Source of the DNA: Octopus sinensis
Taxonomy: Eukaryota
Length of the DNA: 64,000 nt
Direction: 5' to 3'
NCBI RefSeq assembly: GCF_006345805.1
Contig: NC_043010.1
Coordinates: 48,794,001 to 48,858,000, forward strand
Shown here: positions 25,098-35,830 of the stretch, in pieces
Numbering within the stretch: position 1 is the first letter of the stretch
Layout of the letters: every line of letters begins with the position of its first letter
Translations under genes and position numbers: made by a program
Notes under the pieces: generated by a model
Told to the model about the DNA's origin: nothing
Database searches by the model: none
What the model saw: the letters and a program-made list of their open reading frames with translations, nothing else

Positions 25098-25230
25098 ACA
25101 AGCCAGAGAAGCAAGTCAATTCTTTGAATATTTTCTCAGCGCAGCATAACAAATAAGCTTGTTAGTCAAAGAAATCCAGTTCACTTTCAAAATTAAATAC
25201 AATTTTTATGTGTAAAGTACGGTTCATGAG
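25098..25230 (+). other. Candidate 5' UTR exon
   Basis: Acceptor gtttctcttcatttcag| and donor gag|gtgaga in unique sequence ~0.9 kb upstream of the signal-peptide exon; no transcript evidence. Confidence 0.25.
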
Positions 25231-25339
25231 GTGAGACAACTATATCCATCAAACTACAATGAAGTCGAGACAATTGTTGATTCAGTTTATAAATATAATT
25301 TGGTGAATATTTAAACTAACAATCAAAATCGCAATGCAC

Positions 25340-25787
25340 CTGTTGTTAAACACATACTCTCTCTCGCTTTCTCTCTCTCTCTTTCTCCCCTCTCTTTCTC
25401 CCCCTCTCTTTCTCTCCCTCCTCTCTCTCTTTTTCTCTTTCTTTCTCCTTCTCTCTGCGTCTCTCTCTCTCTCTCTCTTCCATACACACTATATATATAG
25501 CTATCCGTTTATATATTTATCCATCCCACTCGCTTTCTCTCTTTCCCTCTCTCTCCACACACACACTCTCTCTCTTTCTCTCTATCCTCTGGCTCTCTCT
25601 CTGTCTCTCCTCTGTCTCTCTCTCCTATGTCTCTCTCCTCTGTCTTTCTCTCCCCTCTGTCTCTATGTCTCTCTCCTCTGTCTATCTCTCCTCTCTCTCT
25701 CTCCTATGTCTATCTCCTCTGTATCTCTCTCCCCTCTGTCTCTCTCTCCTCCGTCTATCTCTCCTCTGTCTATCTCTCCTCTGTCTA

Positions 25788-25831
<44 letters not shown>

Positions 25832-25850
25832 TATCTGTCTCTTTCCGTGT
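25340..25850. repeat. Long (CT)-rich polypyrimidine tract with a ctctcctctgtctat sub-repeat
   Basis: Directly visible; source of the Ser/Leu-rich ORFs. Confidence 0.9.
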
Positions 25851-26194
25851 CTATCTCTGTACCTGGAGGTTTTCTACTAAAATCTATATTTTCATATTTA
25901 GAATGTATTTATGCATAGACTGTATGTGAGGCTGAAACCTTATATAGTTGCCGCCATTGTCAGTTTGTACATAAATTTTAATAAGAGTACGATTCCTTTC
26001 TTATCATATGATCATATTTATTTGTTTGTCTTTTATTAATTTATTTATTTATTCAAATGTAATCCTATCATTTTATTTGTGTATGTGCTTGTTTCATTGC
26101 AGAAATCCTATATTTCACATAAGGTGACAGGCCAAGTTATTATAAAGCCTTCTGTGTATTTTCTTACCAATCGAGACCAAAAACAAGTGGTAAA

Positions 26195-26246
26195 ATGAAG
26201 CTTCTAACAGTTTTCGGATTCGTGTGTGTTTTGATCTTTGTGCAAG
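26195..26246 (+). CDS. Candidate first coding exon of a secreted protein (signal peptide MKLLTVFGFVCVLIFVQ/G); exon probably 26103-26246
   Basis: aaaATG context, in-frame upstream TAA, Lys then a hydrophobic core, phase-1 donor caag|gtaggt, good acceptor tgcttgtttcattgcag| at 26102; alternatively a TATA box (tataaag) at 26141. Confidence 0.5.
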
Positions 26247-26275
26247 GTAGGTAATTTATACATCAACATGCATTA

Positions 26276-26359
<84 letters not shown>

Positions 26360-26368
26360 ATATATATT

Positions 26369-26654
26369 ATCACAATCAAGGAACGGCCATAATAGGCCAT
26401 TCACCCACTAGAAATAACAGCCAAAAGCTTTAACCGCACAAAATAACATCAATTCCGTAAACCAGGAGAAAATTTAAAAAACATTTACCCTGTAATTACA
26501 GGGAAAATTTAAAAAACATTTACCCTGTAATTACAGGGTAATGTTTTTTAAATTTTCTCCTGGTTTACGGAATTGATGTTATTTTGCGGTTAAAGCTTTT
26601 GGCTGTTATTTCTAGTGGGTGAATGGCCTATTATGGCCGTTCCTTGATTGTGAT
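26369..26654. repeat. Near-perfect loopless palindrome with an internal ~35-bp tandem duplication
   Basis: Centre accctgtaattacagggt is self-complementary; arms match out to atcacaatcaagg/ccttgattgtgat. Confidence 0.92.
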
Positions 26655-26750
26655 GTTGAACTTAAAATGGTATATGACTATTTAATTTTTTCCCACTAGG
26701 CCGCTGGTGGCAAAAGAATTCTACAAAATTTTTTTGCCACCCTATATTGA

Positions 26751-26779
<29 letters not shown>

Positions 26780-26781
<2 letters not shown>

Positions 26782-26943
26782 GGGAAAGTTTACGAAAAAA
26801 AACAAAAGACGAAGATAGGTGGTGTACAAAACAAACAGATGTATTAGTATAACGCTCAGGAATAGAAAAAGTCTTTCACGTTTCGAGCCTACGCTCTTCT
26901 ACAGAAAGATACACAGAAAAAACAAGGAGAGAAACAAGGAGAG

Positions 26944-26945
<2 letters not shown>
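26780..26945 (-). mobile_element. (TA)n-embedded element with a degenerate hammerhead motif
   Basis: ucuuu-CUGUAGA-A-GAGC-guag-GCUC-GAAAC-GUG-aaaga at 26872-26909; (TA)n on both sides. Confidence 0.55.
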
Positions 26946-27000
<55 letters not shown>

Positions 27001-27546
27001 GAGCAGAAGAATTGTCTATAAATGCTTATTAATATAGGATTCCATTACAGGATAGCACTTCTGTGAAACGATCTTCTTAAAAAACTTAATTCAAATCTTT
27101 AAACTATCATATACATTATATATTTATACTTATACATTTTTACATATATTCATAATATTTATATCTTTAATCAACAATATTTTAAACATGTATATATCTT
27201 TCTGAAGAATTTCTAATATAGATTTCCTATATTAATAATAATATATCATAATATATATAGATATATATATATATATATCTATATATACATATATATCCGT
27301 AATTGATAACTAACACTATTTTTTAAAATGCGTCTTTCTTCCGTCAGTCCATATTTTCAATGTCCGTAAAAACAAAATGGGAATGCGAATATATGGGAAT
27401 ATATATCCAGCCTGCAGACGTATATAAATATGGTGTGTGCGCGTGTGTATGTGTATGCTCGTGTGTGTGTGTACGTCTCTGTCTCTGTCTGTCTGTTACT
27501 CTCTCTCTCTCTCTCTGTATATATATATATATATTCACGCATATGC

Positions 27547-27580
<34 letters not shown>

Positions 27581-27585
<5 letters not shown>

Positions 27586-27847
27586 AGAAATGAGGTAAAA
27601 AGAAGATCGGATGGTTTATATTTACAGATATTTATTTATATATTACATTTTTACATATATATCATATCATTTAGATCATTAGCGCTTTCTCCCATTCTAG
27701 TGGGGTTTTTAAATTTGAAAACCCCACTAGAATGGGAGAAAGCGCTAATGATCTAAATGATATGATATATATGTAAAAAATGTAATATATAAATAAATAT
27801 CTGTAAATATAAACCATCCGATCTTCTTTTTACCTCATTTCTTCCAA
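27581..27847. repeat. Near-perfect 267-bp palindrome flanked by TATA
   Basis: ttggaagaaatgagg..tagtggggtttt-taaatttg-aaaaccccacta..cctcatttcttccaa. Confidence 0.92.
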
Positions 27848-27880
27848 TATATAATACCTGTACATCTCATCTCCAAACCT

Positions 27881-27942
<62 letters not shown>

Positions 27943-28007
27943 TATGCATATGCGTGAATATGTATATATATATGAATAGTAATATATACATACATGTGTG
28001 TGTGTTT

Positions 28008-28087
<80 letters not shown>

Positions 28088-28414
28088 CAGACAGACAGAG
28101 AAAGAAAGAAAGAAAGGACGTGAAAAGAAAGAAGAAGCAATAAATCTTTGAAATTATTCGTTTTATTAACACATGAAAGAAAAAAAAAACCGAACACGGA
28201 AAATTTTGCTCATTTTGTTTGAAGTGGAGAATAAGAGTTTTATGCAGACGTTCCCGAAATCATCATAAACATATTCCACTCAAAGTCATTCTCTACTTTA
28301 CAACGTCTGCCACCCCTGTAGGTTCTGTGCGATCGTGCGCATTTTTGTGTCACGTATTTCGCCATGGAATAACAGCAAAGAGGCTGCAAAGAAAATATCA
28401 ATCGTTATTTTATA

Positions 28415-28871
28415 TCTACATATATAAAACTGTAGTTGTGTGAGTGTCTGTCCCCTTCGATTTAGATTCCTAACTACTCCCACATTTTGCGGTGCAGTTT
28501 AACCAAATTCGGGTATCTTATAGTCGTGATTCATATCGAGCCCGTCTGGGTATTAGCCCACGTCTACGATGAGTCTACGATTTTAAAAATAATTTAACAT
28601 CATTTTTTATTCCATTTTAATGCATAATTTTTCGTGTCGATGGCGGCGGAGTTGGCGTCCACGCTCACAGCTGCATCTGTGTTGCTTTTCCCCCTTCTTC
28701 CCTCCCTCGTGAAGCTGTGGGGAAGGGAGTGTAAAGAAGTCAACGTCGTGACATCAAAACAGAAATGGCTAAGAAAGCCCGAATTGGCATCTATAAGGGA
28801 AGTAACTCTCTAAAAATGCTTATATAGTTATTTCCCTTACAAACCCGAGCAACGCCGGGCGATACTGCTAG
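28415..28871 (+). mobile_element. Non-autonomous Helitron
   Basis: A|TC 5' end, 3' hairpin cccgagcaacgccggg, CTAG|T terminus; homolog at 58522-58916. Confidence 0.88.
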
Positions 28872-29258
28872 TGAAGCATAAAACATTAAATAACTTAATG
28901 GGAGTTCGTATACGAAGTTCTGACCTGTATTATTTTACCAACGCTTTTGACAATATAACTTGCGTGATATGGTTTTAAACAAAAAAGTACAGAAACTGAG
29001 TCAACAAGCTTCTTTATTTTATCAAATTTGCCATTAAGGTAGTACATAGAGTAAGGTACCTTGCAGGCAGGACACGGACTTTAATGAGGTGGATGATAAT
29101 GATACAAGGATGATAAGGATGGGAGAAGACGAAAAACGCCCGCCGACTTTTGCTTCTCTAAAACATTGTTCTTTTTTAAAAATACTGAATGAAGGATTAA
29201 CCCTCTCACAATTTTATAACACTTTATGGACTAAAAAATCCATTACAATTAAAAATAA

Positions 29259-29648
29259 TTACATAAATGAGTCTTTAATAAACTTTCTTGCCTCCTGCAG
29301 GCATTCCAGCAGCCGCAAGTTGGAGGCCTTTACACAAGATCTGTACTCTTCCTTTGAGAAGGGGTCCATTATGTGATAGAGGTTCCTTTCTTCCAGTACC
29401 CGAGCAGCCATCTGCGGAGGCCACTCTGGAATACAAGTCGAGTCTATCAGGTCCCGACTATCAAAGGAACTTTCTATATAATTCTCTATAGCCCCTCCCC
29501 TGAGATAGAAGATCACATGTTCTTCAACATTTCCTCTGGGAGGGGCCTTCTTCTTCTCCCACCCCCTCCCGCTCCGGTGGCTCACATTCCACCGAACGGG
29601 TTTCGTAACATGCCGCCGGTGCACCAGCAACCGCCGGCGATGCCCCGT
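29259..29648 (-). other. Orphan open frame (~129 codons) in a GC-enriched island
   Basis: Globular-looking translation (EEHVIFYLRGGAIENYIESSFDSRDLIDST..CVKASNLRLLECLQEARKF); no ATG and family not recognised. Confidence 0.3.
29301..29491 (+). CDS. Candidate second, terminal coding exon of the signal-peptide gene
   Basis: Acceptor tttcttgcctcctgcag| is phase-compatible with 26246 and gives an 80-aa product; AATAAA at 29862; competes with the antisense ORF. Confidence 0.2.
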
Positions 29649-30055
29649 TTACAAGCTTCTTGTCGAAATCTTACCTCTACTTGACAGTGTGATGTGACTT
29701 CTTACATGAGTACTAGATTTAATATTTAATATTTACTCAACGATTAATAAGATTATGTGGCCTTTACACATTTTACGCGTGTATTAGTGATAGGCGTGAT
29801 GGAGGATTGTTACACCTGCGAATTAACTGTGCTAGAGACTTATCCGCTAAGAACTTTACTGAATAAAATTAATCCCTTTTCGTTGGACAAGTTATTTGCG
29901 ACTCGACATATAAGTATGTGACGAAATGTAGTTTTTAAGGTCTTTGGGGAGTGACAAGAATTACTTTGGGGTTTCCTAGCTCTTATCTTTATTCTATGTT
30001 GTAAGCAAATAATGTTTTAGAGGAATGAAGGGATTTGGTAGAATACACATAGAAC

Positions 30056-30240
30056 CTTACGGGGGAGTGCTGAAAAGTTCCTGGCTTTAAGAGTGTCACG
30101 AAACGTCTGGTTGGAGGCCCAACCTTCTGAAGTCATATACAGAACTTTGAAAACTTGAAGGCCCTCTGCGATATGTGTGTGAATCTGAGAGAGAAATATG
30201 TTAAATAAAATCATAACTAACTGACCCTCCTATATTTTAC
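30056..30240 (+). mobile_element. Mariner-derived MITE remnant
   Basis: TA+cgggggagtgctgaaaagttcctgg TIR-like end and a gtgaatctgagagagaaatatgttaaataa transposase 3' tail. Confidence 0.7.
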
Positions 30241-30707
30241 TGAATAAAATTAATCACTTTTCGTTGGACAAGTTATTTGCAACTATATAATGAATAGAGA
30301 GTTAGGATTAATTATCCCTACCTGACCCACGAGTTCTAGTTAATGTTCTAATCCGACCTGCAACGCCAAACAAGTTTGGCATCTCTAGTCATGGTAAACA
30401 CTCGATACTAGTAGGCATTACCTCCATCAAAATACAATCTATAGTTGTCTTAAGAGAAAGGACGCATTGAATAAAATGATCGTGAGGGCACAGTGCTGAG
30501 AAAAAAAGACAATCACAGCTAGGATGCCTTCGATAAAAGGTTCGTTAGATCAAGGCTCATTTCGGGATAAACAACGATAAAATCATCTAAGTAACACATA
30601 CCTTAATAATAATTTCCACAAGCAAACAACGGTACCTTTATGTGGTCGTTCAACACCCTATAAAAGGATTGAATGAGCGTATTGGATGATATGGTCCTAA
30701 ATACACA

Positions 30708-30965
30708 TCATCATCATCATCATTGTTCGACCTAGGTCGAGACAATGGAATTTACCATGCTACGCCAGACTTCACGGTCCATCATGGCATTACGGAGGTC
30801 CTGTTGCTGGATGCCTGTATCCCTCGAGATTACATCAGGGTAGGAGAGTGTGCGCCCTCTGGTATTGCGAGTAGATGGCTTCCAGAGGAGAAGAGTAGAA
30901 ATTACTTCTTTTTCAGCTCTACAACAATGTCCAGCAAACTGGACTCTCCTACCCTTCACAGTGAG
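30708..30965 (-). mobile_element. RTE-clade LINE 3' end
   Basis: RRVQFAGHCCRAEKEVISTLLLWKP..GRTLSYPDVISRDTG..DREVWR followed by a (TGA)n tail. Confidence 0.85.
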
Positions 30966-31074
30966 TGGTCACAGCTAGAAAGACCAATGTAAGACCGTGT
31001 TGGAACGACTAAGTTGAAAGCCAGTAAAAAAATTTCAAATTTTGGGACAGCGTCAGTAATTTCGGAGCTAAGTT

Positions 31075-31425
31075 GATTAAGTCGACCCCAGTGCTCAACT
31101 GGTACCTATTTTATCGATCCCGTAAGGATGAAAGGCAAAGTCGATCGCGGTTTAATTCTAACCTAGAACATGAAATCGGACGAAATACCTATTTCTTTAC
31201 TGTCCACAAGGGGCTACACACAGTGGGGACAAACAAGGACAGACAAACGGATTAACGCGATTATGTCGACCCCAGTGCGTAACTGGTACTTATTTAATCT
31301 ACCCCCGAAAGGATGAAAGGCAAAGTTGACCTCGGCGGAATTTGAACTCAGAACGTAGCGGCAGACGAAATACCACAAAGCTTTTTGCTCGACGCGGTAA
31401 CGATTCTGCCGGCTCGCCGCCGTTA
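31075..31425 (-). mobile_element. Young SINE-B body nested in an older Nin-core SINE
   Basis: gacgaaatacc duplicated at 31179-31189 and 31364-31374; diverged head and diverged distal body flank a young body. Confidence 0.8.
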
Positions 31426-31797
31426 CGTGTGAGTACATATCGATTTCCAGTTTGGTGCGAATGTGTGCATGTGTGTGTGTGTTCTTGTGTTTATACCCTA
31501 CCACTCTTGATGAATTTTGTTGATTCGCTTACCCACCCGTATTTAAGCAGTTTGGCGGGAGAAATCGATAGAATGAGTACCTGGCTTTAATAAAAATGTC
31601 CTGGCATTGATTTGTTCAAATAAACTCTTGAAGGCGGCACCCCAGCATGACCACAGTTCAATGACTACAGGTAAAAAAGGAACAAAAAGGAAAGATATTG
31701 CCTGTATAAGTTTGTGTATGTGTGTGAGTGTGTGTGTATGAGAGAGGGAGACAGTGTGTGTGTGTGACAGAGAGAGAGAGAGAGTGTGTGTGTGTGT

Positions 31798-31829
<32 letters not shown>

Positions 31830-33289
31830 CGAGAAAGAGAGAGACAGTGTGTATGTGTGTGAGTGTGTGTGAGTGATGTGAGTGTTTGTGTGTGAGAGAG
31901 AGAGAAACAATGTGTGTGAGTGTGTGTGTGTGTGTGTGTGCGTGGGTGTGTGAGTGGGTGTGTGTGAGAGAGAGAGTGTGTGGGGGGGGGGTGCGCGTGC
32001 GTGCGTGCACTATTTAAATGGATGTGGGATGGGAAAAAGTCGATGTATTCTGATATATATTGGTTACTTTCCTTTATGCCCGATTGACTTTGTCGATTGT
32101 CTTCCTTCGAGATCGATAATGACAGAAATCAATCATTAAATAGTATCTAATGTTATACACGTATCTATGTATCTGGTGTATCCCGTACAGTCTTACAAGC
32201 ACTTATCTAATTACTTTAATGCCTATTAGGGGTTATTTGAGCTCCAGTGAGTAAAATACGAGTTACGACATGTTATTACATAAAAGCTGCGCCCTCCACC
32301 TTTAGGATACGGTTTCCATAAATCCCAACCCCCCAGACCCATACTTACAGTGTCTTTAACAACTTTGTTTATTCGATCGATAGAATTGCAACGTTCCATA
32401 ACCTATTGGGTCACAGAGGCAGGGCTTTCTTAACAAAAGCGCACTGGCAGAATCGTTAGAACGCCGGGCAAAATGCCTAGCCGCACTTCGTCCGAATTCA
32501 TGTTCTGGGTTCAAATTCCACCGCCTCTGTTAAGACAGCCCTGCCTCTGTGACTCAATAGGTTATGGAACGTCGCAGTTCTATCGATCGAATGAACTTTG
32601 CCTTTCATCCTTTCGGGGTCGATAAAATAGGTACCAGTTGAGCACTGGGGTCGATGTAACCAACTTAGCTCCGAAGTTACTGACAGTGTCTCGAAATTTG
32701 ACATTTTTTTTTACTACCTTGAACATATTCGTTCCAACACTGTGTTTCATTGGTCTTTCTAGCTGTAACCATCCCGCTTTTTTTCCCCACATTGTGTATG
32801 TAGGACCATATTACCCAATACGCCCATTCAATTTTCGTGAGGTAGCTAGGAATTCATAACTGTCTAAACAGCGTTATAGGACCCCCTGGGACAAACAGTG
32901 CACCGGACCACTGCATATATAGATCAGAATTGGGTCCCTAAACCCGTGCTCCTCCGTCAGCTACTGCCCTGTATGCTCATCCCTTAAGATGGCTCTGCAG
33001 GGAGGCACCATTAGACTTCCTGTTTATATAGTATATCTAGAACAAATTAATAAAACATAGTTACATAAACAGTGTAACTTTTGGGTACCCCCTCGTGTAT
33101 ACGCGTAGGAGCAGGAAATTACATTTCAGAGATAAGCCACCTTTGAAAAGCTACGTGTAGATTCGACTAGAACACGTTTGCTTAACTAAGTATTGACTAA
33201 GTATTAAATAACAACTAGCTACGAATTCGATCGACAAGCGTCTTTAATGGTTTCATGTTTTGGCACAAGGCCAGCAATAAATAAGGAGA

Positions 33290-33720
33290 GGCAGTGAATA
33301 AGTCGATTACTTGACCCCTGTACTTGGCTGGTACGCTATCTTACCAATGCGGAAGGATGAAAGGCAAAATTGACTTCAGTGTGATTTGAATTCAGAAGGT
33401 AGGTGCATCGGAAAAAATACCTATTTCTTTATTACCCACAAGGGGCTAAACACAGAGGAGACAAACAAGGACAAACAAGGACAGACAAACGGATTAAGTC
33501 GATTACATCGACCCCAGTGCGTAACTGGTACTTAATTTATCGACCCCGAAAGGATGAAAGGCAAAGTCGACCTTGGCGGATTTTAACTCAGAACGTAACG
33601 GCAGACGAAATACAGCTACGCATTTCGCCCAGGGTGCTAACGCTTCTGCCAGCTCGCCGGAAGAAATACCGTTAAGCATATTGCTCGATGCAGTAACGAT
33701 TCGACTAGCTCGCCGCTTTA
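33290..33720 (-). mobile_element. Full young SINE-B (33422-33658) nested in an older Nin-core SINE
   Basis: 12-bp TSD ggaaaaaatacc (33410-33421) / ggaagaaatacc (33659-33670); old head at 33671-33720, old body at 33290-33409. Confidence 0.88.
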
Positions 33721-33734
33721 AGCGTCTTCAATAA

Positions 33735-33945
33735 TTCTTTCTACTATAGGCACAAGGCTGGAAATTTTGCAGGGGTGATGGAAGCTAGTCGATTACATAG
33801 ACCCAGTACATAGCTGGTACTTATTTTATCGACTCTTAAAGGTTGAATGGCAACGTCAACCTCGGCGAGATTTGAACTCAGAACGTAAAGACGGACGAAA
33901 TACCGCTTATCATTTTGTCCTACATGCAAACGATTCGACCCGTTC
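33735..33945 (-). mobile_element. Older Nin-core SINE
   Basis: Head, core and ccttgtgcctatagtag tail. Confidence 0.75.
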
Positions 33946-34372
33946 ACCTCCAGCATCTTTAATTATACAGCGAAAGCATCGGTTAGAAGATGCGAACTGA
34001 CGACCAGGTGTTTGGTTGTCTTATTACTCTATGCAGTTGGCTAATCGTAACTGTCACTACATAGGTTAATAGTGACAAATTCTATTTAACACAATGAAAT
34101 CTAAGGATTTGCTCGTTATCAATATTTTACAGGAAGTTCATCTGAATGTCAGTGATTTCCTTTTATCATTTACCACTTCTCTCTCTTTTTCTCTCTTTCT
34201 TTCATTTTCTAAATCATTTCTTTTTTAAATCGGTTTTCTTCTTGAAGACGTCATTTTCATCATTTCCTTTCTTCCTTCCTTCACTTCTACTTTCACTTTC
34301 TCTTTCAAACCTAATTTTTTTTCTTCTCTCGTGTTCCTTTTCTACTCTCCCAACCTCTTTCCCTTTCTTTCT

Positions 34373-34403
<31 letters not shown>

Positions 34404-34766
34404 CCTTTCCCTCTCTTACTCTCTCCTACAATGAATCTATTTACTCACCTTTATTCACTCATTTTTATTTCTCAATTATCTTTCTTTCTCTTTCTTCAGA
34501 ATTTCCTCATTCTCTCTCTTTTATTTTTCTATCTTCTAATTTTTCTCTTTATACACTGTCTTCTCCCTCTCTATATTTCTTCCTCCCCTCTCTCTGTCAT
34601 ACGTTTGTGTATGTTTGTGTGTGTGCGTACACACATGTGGCAGTATGTTAAAGACGTTTGCCTCCTAACTATATGGTTCCGGTTTCAGTTCCACTGCATG
34701 GCACCTTGGGCAAGTGTTTTCTGTCATAGCTTCGGGCCACTGGAAAGTGAAAGAAGCCTATCGTAA

Positions 34767-34797
<31 letters not shown>

Positions 34798-34835
34798 CGT
34801 ATGTACGTATGTACGTATGTATGTATGTATGTACG

Positions 34836-34867
<32 letters not shown>

Positions 34868-35431
34868 CGATGAGTTTCTTTCAGTTTCCGTCTACCAAAT
34901 CCACTCAGAAGGCTTTGGTCGACCCGAGGCTATAGTAGAAGACATTTGCCCATGGTACCACGCATTGGGACTGAACCCGGAACCATGTGGTTGGCAAGGA
35001 AGCTACTTACCTTACAGCCGTTCACTTCCCAGTAACTTAGCGGTACGACATTTGAGATCCCATACCAAGCTTTAAAAAAATAAGCACTGGAGTTGATTCG
35101 TTTGACAAAAACTCAAAAGTTCAGTGCCCCAGTATGGCCGCAGTTCGATGACTGAAACAGATAAAACAAACAGAGATTATTCCATTCATTCATTCTTTGT
35201 TTCTTTCTTACTACTTCTCTCTCTCTCTCTTTGCTCAAACAATTATTCTATCCCCCCCACCACCACCACCACGCCCTATTTACATAAACCTCAATCACCG
35301 TCTCAACTTATTTACGAAACAACGGATCAGTTCAGTATTTGCTGTTTGCCGCCATAGTAGTGATTGTGACGAAACGGTGAAACGAAACAATTATTTCGTC
35401 CGACGACGCTTATTTACTTTTTTTCTTGTCC

Positions 35432-35496
35432 CACCAGAATAGATGTTTCATCCCTTCTGACTGGACAATAATAATAATAATAATAATAATAATATA

Positions 35497-35539
<43 letters not shown>

Positions 35540-35577
35540 TCCCCCCAGAATAGATATTTCATCCCTTCTGACTGGAC

Positions 35578-35628
<51 letters not shown>

Positions 35629-35636
35629 TAATAGTA

Positions 35637-35683
<47 letters not shown>

Positions 35684-35721
35684 TCCCATCAGAATAGATA
35701 TTTCATCCCTTCTGACTGGGC

Positions 35722-35763
<42 letters not shown>

Positions 35764-35830
35764 TATATAATTCCCCCCAGAATAGTTAGTTCATCCCTTC
35801 TGATTGGTCATAATAATAATAATAATTATA
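35432..35830 (+). repeat. Compound minisatellite: four ~35-bp units each followed by (TAA)n
   Basis: cagaatagatatttcatcccttctgactggaca near 35435, 35545, 35690 and 35777. Confidence 0.9.

Noticed and set aside
29330-29375. Kunitz domain from ICTLPLRRGPLC
   Set aside because: The remaining Kunitz cysteines and the YGGC/GN.NNF motifs are absent in all three frames
32804-32841. Alternative second exon GPYYPIRPFNFRE
   Set aside because: Weak donor (gtagct), adjacent to a repeat-derived inverted duplication; no support
34146-34766. 206-aa Phe/Leu/Ser-rich ORF resembling a membrane protein (also 25334-25918)
   Set aside because: Polypyrimidine low-complexity tract
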